Shown here: positions 25,401 to 31,872 of the stretch, one piece after another
Layout: each line of letters opens with the position of its first letter
Position numbering within the stretch: the stretch's first letter is position 1
NCBI GenBank assembly: GCA_049840575.1
Contig: JASGKV010000020.1
Span: 121,705-185,704 of the forward strand
DNA from: Pirellulales bacterium
Lineage (GTDB): Bacteria; Planctomycetota; Planctomycetia; Pirellulales; JALHPA01
Length of the DNA: 64,000 bases
Direction of reading: 5' to 3'
Notes under the pieces: generated by a model
Told to the model about the DNA's origin: nothing
What the model saw: only the letters and a program-made list of their open reading frames with translations
Database searches by the model: none
Program-made: the position numbers and the translations under genes

Positions 25401-26922
25401 CTCGGCCGCCAACGGGGCGGGAACCAGCTACGTGCAAAACGATAGCGGCGCGGGACGTCGGTCCTGACCATCACCGCGGGGACGGGTTCGTTTTCCAGCG
25501 GAACCGGCGATGCGATCATTCGCGATAACGGCGGCGTCGCCGGCGGCAAGGTCGCGTTGACGATCGCGGGCGGAACGACCACTCTGCGCAGCGCGAACAC
25601 CTACACCGGCCCCACCACCATCACCGGCGGCACGCTGAAGATCGGCGTCGGCCAAGCCGTGCCGAACAACTCGGCCACGACGATCGATACGGCCGGCACG
25701 TTGGAGATCACCGGCTTCAACCAAACGTTGTCGTCGTTGTCGGGCGGCGGCACGGTCCGCGGTACGACGGTCTCGAACCTGACGCTCTCCAGCGGAACGT
25801 TTTCCGGCCTCTTGGACGGTGCGTTTAATCTCATCAAACAAAACGCCGGCACGTTCACGCTCTCGGGCACGACGAACACGTTCACCGGCACGCTGGAACC
25901 GCGGAACGGGACGCTGGTCGTTTCGTCGTTGGGCGATTCCGGAGCCGGGGCGAACGGCGCGGGAGCGATTCGCATCCTCAACGGCACGAACACCACGACG
26001 ACGTTGCGCTACGTCGCGCAGGGAGCGTGACGACGCGCAATCTGGACATCATCGGCACCGGTTCGACGGCCGGCGACGCCGTGCTCGACGCCTCGGGCAC
26101 CGGTGCGTTGACCATCGGCGGCGTGTCGCAATCCGGGACCGGCACGCCGACCAAAACGCTAGCCCTGCAAGGCGCGTTCGGCGGCGCGAACACGATCGCC
26201 GGTCCGATCACCGACGGAACCGGCGTCTTGAGCGTGAGCAAGAGCGGGCCGGCGCCTGGACGTTGGCCGCCGCGAACATCTATACCGGTCCGACGACCAT
26301 CACCGCCGGGAAGTTGATCATCGACGGCGATCAAACGCTGTCCACCGGCGCGGTCGGCGTCGCGACCGGCGCGATCCTGGCCGGAGCAGGCATCATCGGC
26401 GGCACGACCACGATCAACGCCGGCGGAACGGTCGCCCCGGGCAACAGCCCCGGCACGCTGAGCTTCGTCAACGGCGTATCGTTCGCAAGCGGTTCGACGT
26501 ATGCCTGGGAACTCTTCGCCGCAACCGACGGAAACGCACCGTCCGGAGTTTGGGATCGGATATCGGTCAACGGCGGCGTGCTGAACATCGCCGGCGGCGC
26601 GATCCTGGTTCCGACGTTCGGCGGCACGGCGACCGCACCGACGGCCGGCACATTCTGGGCCGGGGATCATGTGTGGAACGACGTCATCGACGTCACCGGC
26701 ACCGCGACGATCGACGCCGGCAGCACGTCGGCGTTCGCCATCGACAATTCGGCCTGGTCCGCGCTCGGTGCGTTCTCGACCGTTCCGGCCGCCAACGGTC
26801 AAGGCGTGGATCTGGTCTGGACCGCGGTGACCACGGCCGTGCCCGAACCCGGAACCTGGGCCGGCGCGTTCGCCGCAGTGGCCGGCCTGGCATGGCTGCG
26901 AACGCGTCGCCGCGCGGCGTAA
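22444..26922 (+). CDS. Autotransporter-associated beta-strand repeat protein with PEP-CTERM signal (multiple frameshifts)
   Basis: ETFTWNNPAGGNFNTAANW; repeated NTYTGxTTIxxGxL units; APGNSPGTL; ends VPEPGTWAGAFAAVAGLAWLRTRRRAA. Confidence 0.85.
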
Positions 26923-26960
26923 ACGGTGGCGGTCCGTTTCGGTAACACGCGAGCGACGTC

Positions 26961-27302
26961 TCACGCAACGGCGCGGAACGCTGACTTCGCGAGGAACCAC
27001 GTTCCCGCGAGAATCAGAACCGCCGCGAAGCCAAGCAGCGCATAGCGCAACGCTGCGCCTTGGGCGAACGTCAGCGTAATGCCCGAGCCGACGGCCACAT
27101 ACGCCGCCAAGCACAACGGACACTTCGGCACACACACCCAGCCGAGCAGGCCGCACACCGTCAACGCGCCGCCGGTTAAGGAACGTCGAACGCGATGATC
27201 GGCCGTCGGTCGCGCGCAGGAGCAGCGTGCGACACTCATGCAGTGTGGATCGTTCGGCTCTTGCGTTACGAGAATCGGCGTGGGTGAAACATCGCGGCTC
27301 AT
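26961..27302 (-). CDS. Small Cys-motif membrane protein (PKCPLCLAAY)
   Basis: ATGA overlap with DUF899 stop; CVPKCPLCLAAYVAVGSGI plus hydrophobic helices. Confidence 0.7.
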   Translation of the reverse strand: MSRDVSPTPILVTQEPNDPHCMSVARCSCARPTADHRVRRSLTGGALTVCGLLGWVCVPKCPLCLAAYVAVGSGITLTFAQGAALRYALLGFAAVLILAGTWFLAKSAFRAVA

Positions 27303-28083
27303 CGTCGATCCTCCGAATTCGCTTGAGCGGAGTTCGCTTTCCCCGCGTCGGCTTCGGCCCAGGGATCGACGAACCCCGGTACGCCGTAGCGGTCGTGATG
27401 ACGCACCCAAGACATGCCCGGGAAGTCGGCTTCGTCGCGCCCTTTCGGGCAGACGTCCAGCAGGTTGTAAACGTTCAAAAAAATGTCTAAGCCGCGCGCA
27501 GTACGTCGAATAGGTGTGATAGATTTTGCCCGCGTCGTCGCGGATGAACGCGCTCAAGCCGGGCAGATCGGTGATCGGGTACGGCGGCGATTCGTAGTTG
27601 TAGATCGTGAGTGGGTTTTGCAGTTCCTGTTCGGTGAAATAGACGCCGAAGTCGCGATTGAACGTGTTGTCGCCCGACGAGACCCAGGGGAAATTCCAGC
27701 CCATCCGCGTGCGAAAGGCCAGCAGTTTGTCGATCGGCGCGCGAGACGGCCGCCAGCGAGACGTCGCGATGTCGGAGATGGACCACCGACGGGTCGAAAT
27801 GGTCCGCCACCAACGAGCAGGACTTGCAGCCCTGCGTCCACTCGGGCGCGAACATAAAGTGGTAGATCAGCAGTTGCCCGCGGCCGTCGAAGAGGTCGGC
27901 CAGCGTCGTTGGTCCATTCGGCCCCTCGAAGACATAGTTCTCTTGGACTTCGACCCACGGCAAGTCGCGGCGACGTTGCGCGAGTTCGTCCTTTTTGCGC
28001 GTGAACGCTTTTTCTTCATGCAGCAGACGCGTCCGTTCGACCAGCCAGTCCTTACGCGAGACGATTTTGTGATCCGACGACAT
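27299..28083 (-). CDS. DUF899 thioredoxin-like protein, frameshifted
   Basis: IVSRKDWLVER...RRRDLPWV...DLFDGRGQLLIYHFMF...GCKSCS...MGWNFPWVSS...YHTYSTY...WVRHHDRY. Confidence 0.9.
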
Positions 28084-28138
28084 GGAACGGTCTCCGAGTT
28101 GAAAGTCGGCTAAGTTGAAGGAAACGCCGAGTCGCGTG

Positions 28139-28597
28139 TTATTTCGAACGCGCGCGTGTCGCGGCGAGTTGTTGCATGCGTGCGAGCGAGTTACCCCAGC
28201 CTTCGTTGACGCCGGAACGATGCTCGGGCTCAATCTCGCCGAAAGCGCGGTGCAGCAGCGTCAGCTTCGTGCCGACCCCTTCGGCGACGAGTTTGTATCG
28301 CAGATGGTTGATCGCCGGATAGGACATGAACAGCGGACCGGTGATTTCGATCAAGGCTTGCGGTTTGATGACCTGCACGTGGCCCCACAGATGACCGCTT
28401 TGATCGCCGAGATCGCGGAACCATCGTCCGCCGGGCCAAGCTTCGAAGACCATCGGCATCGGTTTGCCGGGCAACTCGCAAGCGGGGCCGAGTTCTTCCA
28501 ACAGGCATTCGTACGCGATGTCGAGCGGCGCGTGGATGACGATTTCTTTCTCCACTCGCAAGCTTTGCAGACCATCCTTCGCGGTCGAGGCGACCAT
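28139..28597 (-). CDS. SRPBCC/AHA1-like domain protein
   Basis: VEKEIVIHAP...EAWPGGRWFRDLG...GHLWGHVQVIKP...LIEITGPLFMSYP...GVNEGW. Confidence 0.88.
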   Translation of the reverse strand: MVASTAKDGLQSLRVEKEIVIHAPLDIAYECLLEELGPACELPGKPMPMVFEAWPGGRWFRDLGDQSGHLWGHVQVIKPQALIEITGPLFMSYPAINHLRYKLVAEGVGTKLTLLHRAFGEIEPEHRSGVNEGWGNSLARMQQLAATRARSK

Positions 28598-28607
28598 CGT
28601 GACGCTC

Positions 28608-28970
28608 CTAAGAAACGAGGATTAATTTTTCGCGGCCCGCTCGGCCGCTTTGCGTTCGGCGCGGTGCTTGACGCGATCGAGTTGGTGCGACCAGAATCGC
28701 TCGAAGCTGCGCAGCCCAATCGAACACGGGCTTCAACTCCGCGGGGTTCAACGAATAGAGTCGGTTCTTGCCGCACTGCTCGACCGTGACCAGTCCGACC
28801 TGCGCAATACGCCGAGGTGCTTGGAGACCGCCGGTTGGGCCAAATCCAGGGCTGCGACGAGTTCGCCGACGGAGCGAGTCTTGCCGTCGGCCAGCAAGTG
28901 AATGATTCTCGCGGCGGCGCGGTTCGGCGACCGCATTGAAAACATCGGACGTGGTCGAAGCCCTGGACAT
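28608..28970 (-). CDS. ArsR/SmtB family transcriptional regulator, frameshifted
   Basis: MSRASTTSDVFNAVAEPRRR; SVGELVAALDLAQPAVSKHLGVLR; RLYSLNPAELKPVFDW. Confidence 0.88.
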   Translation of the reverse strand: MSRASTTSDVFNAVAEPRRRENHSLAGRRQDSLRRRTRRSPGFGPTGGLQAPRRIAQVGLVTVEQCGKNRLYSLNPAELKPVFDWAAQLRAILVAPTRSRQAPRRTQSGRAGREKLILVS

Positions 28971-28976
28971 GCCTGA

Positions 28977-29004
28977 ATCATATTCCGATAAAGGAATATG
29001 TCAA
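28977..29004 (-). promoter_or_regulatory. Sigma70 promoter overlapped by palindromic operator (probable ArsR autorepression, leaderless mRNA)
   Basis: Minus strand TTGACA-N16-TATGAT ending 6 nt before the ATG; inverted repeat CATATTCC-N6-GGAATATG at 28979-29000. Confidence 0.75.
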
Positions 29005-29084
29005 GTCGCGGTCGGAATTCGTACGTCGGATCGTTTTCCGCACGTGCGGCGACACGAGGGTCGTTGTTTCAAGAACGTTGCGGC

Positions 29085-29759
29085 TTACTTCGCTCGTTCG
29101 AGAGCGGTCTTCAACGGGCAATCGGACGCAGCCGGGTCGCCGCGTCGATAGCGTTCCAACAACGCTTTCGAGCGTTGAGCCAGCATCCGGCGTACTTCGC
29201 GGCGTTTGCCTTTGACGCGCGGGATCGTCATGCCGTCGTAGCCGGTCGTTTGATGACGCAGCCACGCGATCACGGCCGACTCGGCGCGGCGTTCGATCGG
29301 AATCCGCTCCGTCCGGGCGACCGTACCGCTGCCGACCGGCGTCGCATGCGCGGCGACGGCCGCGGCCAAGCGACGGCCCAACTCGTGAAAACGCGCGTGA
29401 AACGCCAGGTACGCGACGACCGCGTCGGTGAAATCCTCGACATACGCTTCTTGCTTCAACGCTCGGGTGCGCACGGCCGACGCTTGGCGTTTGGCGAACG
29501 TTTCCGTCGCGCGTTCGGCGGCCAAGTCGGTTTGAATGCGCTCGATCGTCGCGGCCGGCGCATAGACTCCGCGCGAAAACATCTTTCGGCCTTTCTTCTC
29601 TTGCACGATCCAGTGCGGACCGGCCGCTTTCACGCGACGCGTCAACGCGGCGTCGCCGGGGGCGAGCAATCGCCAATCGGCGGGAACGGGCAGCACACGG
29701 CCGTCGGCCGCGCGCACGGTGGTCGCCGAGGGACCCGGCGCAAACGTGTTCTCGCTCAT
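29085..29759 (-). CDS. DUF2293 domain protein
   Basis: PADWRLLAPGDAALTRRVK...KKGRKMFSRGVYAP...HATPVGSGTVARTERIP...AVIAWLRHQTTGYD. Confidence 0.85.
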   Translation of the reverse strand: MSENTFAPGPSATTVRAADGRVLPVPADWRLLAPGDAALTRRVKAAGPHWIVQEKKGRKMFSRGVYAPAATIERIQTDLAAERATETFAKRQASAVRTRALKQEAYVEDFTDAVVAYLAFHARFHELGRRLAAAVAAHATPVGSGTVARTERIPIERRAESAVIAWLRHQTTGYDGMTIPRVKGKRREVRRMLAQRSKALLERYRRGDPAASDCPLKTALERAK

Positions 29760-29868
29760 TCTGAATGACGGAAATAGGCCGCGCGTTTCGGCGGCGTCGT
29801 CGACGGAAACGGTCGGCTCGATCGCGAGCCGCGTAGGAGCGACCATTTGAGCGAACGGTACGTGCGAG

Positions 29869-29955
29869 CGGAAGGCAAGGGAGTCGAACCCTCACGACGG
29901 TAAAGTCGACCTGTGTAGCAAACAGGCCCGGCGAACCGTTATCCGGCTACCTTCC
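29869..29955 (-). tRNA. tRNA-Ser(GCT)
   Basis: GGAAGGT/GCCTTCC acceptor; CCTGT-TTGCTAC-ACAGG anticodon arm; long variable arm; GGTTCGACTCC T loop. Confidence 0.9.
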
Positions 29956-29976
29956 AAATATCATTCGGCGACCGAA

Positions 29977-30058
29977 TGGGTCGAGTCGGAATCGAACCGA
30001 CCTAGCTCAAGGAGCGACCGCTTTACAGGCGGCCCGGACTTCCAAGTCCAATCGACCC
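29977..30058 (-). tRNA. tRNA-Tyr(GTA)
   Basis: GGGTCGA/TCGACCC; CCGC-CTGTAAA-GCGG; long variable arm; GGTTCGATTCC. Confidence 0.9.
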
Positions 30059-30072
30059 AACATTGTGATTCA

Positions 30073-30146
30073 TAACGCGGGCGGGATTCGAACCCGCAAT
30101 CACGAAGGTTTAAGCTTCGTCGCCGTACCGGTTCGCGTACCACGTC
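30073..30146 (-). tRNA. tRNA-Leu(TAA), short variable loop
   Basis: GACGTGG/CCGCGTT; CGAAG-CTTAAAC-CTTCG; GGTTCGAATCC. Confidence 0.85.
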
Positions 30147-30157
30147 GGCGTCGTCAT

Positions 30158-30230
30158 CGGCTTGCCGAGGAATCGAACCTCGTCTGACCGTTTCGAAGAC
30201 GGTCGTGCGCATCCGGCACACTCGCAAGCC
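30158..30230 (-). tRNA. tRNA-Arg(TCG)
   Basis: GGCTTGC/GCAAGCC; ACCGT-CTTCGAA-ACGGT; GGTTCGATTCC. Confidence 0.9.
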
Positions 30231-30272
30231 GAAGTTCGCGAGGAACATTCATGACTGAGAAAAAACGAAAAA

Positions 30273-30345
30273 TGTCCCGGCGAGGAGTCGAACCTCGTCT
30301 GCGACCTTCGCAAAGTCGCGTGCGAATCCCTTACACTTCCAGGAC
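30273..30345 (-). tRNA. tRNA-Arg(GCG)
   Basis: GTCCTGG/CCGGGAC; CGACT-TTGCGAA-GGTCG; GGTTCGACTCC. Confidence 0.85.
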
Positions 30346-30377
30346 GATACGGAATCTTCCAGCGTTTCTCTCTTCAC

Positions 30378-30449
30378 TAGTGCGGGTGGGAGTCGAACCC
30401 ACAAACACTTGCTCCTAAGGCAAGTCGCTCGCCGTTGGCGTACCGCACC
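30378..30449 (-). tRNA. tRNA-Leu(TAG), short variable loop
   Basis: GGTGCGG/CCGCACT; CTTGC-CTTAGGA-GCAAG; GGTTCGACTCC. Confidence 0.85.
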
Positions 30450-30547
30450 CCATCGAAAACTCCGGCGTGATCCGAATTCAAACATTACCGGGAGCTACGC
30501 GGGTACGCTCCGACCCCGGTCACCCACAACCAACGCTGCATCCGCGA

Positions 30548-30622
30548 CGACCCATACCGGATTCGAACCGGTGCTCTCCGCTCCGACAAAGCGGCGTCCA
30601 CTCCAGGCTGGACCGATGGGCC
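30548..30622 (-). tRNA. tRNA-Asp(GTC)
   Basis: GGCCCAT/ATGGGTC; CCGCT-TTGTCGG-AGCGG; GGTTCGAATCC. Confidence 0.88.
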
Positions 30623-30658
30623 ATGATCGTCGTTCGCGTCCGTCATCAAACCTCTCAG

Positions 30659-30742
30659 CGGAAGGCCAGGGACTCGAACCCTGAAGCGGTTTCAGCGCCA
30701 ACCGTTTTCAAGACGGTCTCCTCATCCGGCCGGATGCCTTCC
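30659..30742 (-). tRNA. tRNA-Ser(TGA)
   Basis: GGAAGGC/GCCTTCC; ACCGT-CTTGAAA-ACGGT; long variable arm; GGTTCGAGTCC. Confidence 0.9.
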
Positions 30743-30769
30743 AATTCGTTTCGGATTACCTCTTCAAAC

Positions 30770-30837
30770 TGGACCTGCTGGGAGTCGAACCCAGTAACCT
30801 TGATTGCAAATCGAAGCGCCGACCCGTCGGCAGGCCC
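30770..30837 (-). tRNA. tRNA-Ala(TGC), atypical/shortened D arm
   Basis: GGGCCTG/CAGGTCC-A with G3:U70 identity pair; loop TTTGCAA; GGTTCGACTCC; only 68 nt. Confidence 0.7.
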
Positions 30838-30849
30838 ATGTCGTGACAG

Positions 30850-30922
30850 TGACTCGTGTGGGATTCGAACCCGACCTATCCGGTGTGAAAGACCGGCGAC
30901 CTCACCAGAAGTCGAACGAGCC
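30850..30922 (-). tRNA. tRNA-Glu(TTC)
   Basis: GGCTCGT/ACGAGTC; CCGGT-CTTTCAC-ACCGG; GGTTCGAATCC. Confidence 0.88.
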
Positions 30923-30996
30923 GTATTGCGCGACCGTCCGCGCGCACCGCGAGCGCGACGATCCAGCACATCGTTTTTCCTTGTAGCGAAACCGTG

Positions 30997-31068
30997 TGGA
31001 CCGGGAGGTGCTCGAACCCTCGTCCGCGGCTTTTCAGACCGCCGCTAAACCGTCTCAGCTACCGGTCC
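30997..31068 (-). tRNA. tRNA-Phe(GAA)
   Basis: GGACCGG/CCGGTCC-A; GCGGT-CTGAAAA-GCCGC; GGTTCGAGC T loop. Confidence 0.88.
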
Positions 31069-31097
31069 GTGTGTGATGAACGTCCGAAAACGGCACG

Positions 31098-31130
31098 AAA
31101 AAACCCGGTGTCCTATCAGGCACACCGGGT
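31098..31130 (-). terminator. Intrinsic terminator (putative attenuator) upstream of the first tRNA
   Basis: Minus strand ACCCGGTGT(G)CCT-GAT-AGGACACCGGGT-TTTTT, ending about 30 nt before tRNA-Phe. Confidence 0.85.
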
Positions 31131-31162
31131 CGCCAACGTGGTTACGTCGAGACGGTCGAGTG

Positions 31163-31264
31163 TCACCTGAGCGGTGCGCGAGCGGCGGAAGACTCCGCAT
31201 CCCGGGCGGCGAGTTCGCGTTCGAGTCGATACGAACGTGCGGAACTGAAGCGTAAGGAGAACAT
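31163..31264 (-). CDS. Putative attenuator leader peptide of the tRNA array (33 aa)
   Basis: MFSLRFSSARSYRLERELAARDAESSAARAPLR*; weak SD-like GGCGG 7 nt upstream; composition mirrors the array; stop-codon region is complementary to the terminator 5' arm. Confidence 0.75.
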   Translation of the reverse strand: MFSLRFSSARSYRLERELAARDAESSAARAPLR

Positions 31265-31331
31265 GAGAACGCCGCCGTGAGTTGAAAGAATGTCACCCGC
31301 ATGGCCGAATCGGCATGGCGGGGTCAAAGAA

Positions 31332-31358
31332 TAGACGCGACTCGACCGCCAAGGTTCG
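31332..31358 (-). promoter_or_regulatory. Putative ECF-sigma promoter for the leader/tRNA array
   Basis: Minus strand CGAAC-N16-CGTCTA, matching the generic ECF AAC-N16-CGTC pattern, about 68 nt upstream of the leader ATG. Confidence 0.55.
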
Positions 31359-31872
31359 TAGAAAAATCGGAATCCAGAAGAAGATTTTTGCTTGACCCTC
31401 ATAACTTGCGCGGAGGTGATGGCCAACCGACGCAAATGACTTGCTCCGATTTTGTCTCCGGGGCGAAATCGAAACAGTAACTCCATAGCGTCACCAAAAA
31501 CTCGCAGAGAAACACCGCTTCGCAACTTGACGGGCGAGGATCGCAACGGCTTTCGAATTTTCGGGCATCACGACTCCGGGGCAATCCAAATCGCGTCCTG
31601 GAAACGGTTTGCGGCAAGTGTAGGAAATTGTCGTCGACACAAGCGGAACACTTGACTTTCTTGCGATTGGTGTGTATACATAAATACACGTCATGCGGGA
31701 TGGTTCTGTTCCGCGATGGACAGGGTGGAACGGTCATGGGGGCGTCCGTCATCCACCGGCTCATCCTTCGAGCCAAGAAGCGGGCCTCGCGTAAGTTTAT
31801 TCACGTGTGTTACAGTAATTCGCTGTCCGTTGCTTCGCGCATTTGCCGTTCGCAACCGTATTTAGGTGTTTC

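Noticed and set aside
30659-30742. Possible selenocysteine or suppressor tRNA
   Set aside because: The plus-strand TTCA reads as anticodon TGA (Ser) on the coding strand; the 7-bp acceptor stem and G73 fit an ordinary tRNA-Ser.
30770-30837. tmRNA tRNA-like domain
   Set aside because: It has G3:U70 and a reduced D arm, but also a TGC anticodon loop and no mRNA-like domain.
29869-31068. ORFs predicted across the tRNA array, and the array as a prophage/ICE attachment region
   Set aside because: The ORFs are incidental readings of tRNA sequence. I saw no integrase, phage genes or duplicated tRNA 3' end.
31163-31546. 127-aa ORF from the ORF track as a real protein
   Set aside because: The upstream part spans promoter-like sequence with no coding signature; only the last 33 codons from ATG 31264 have an RBS-like site and the biased composition.
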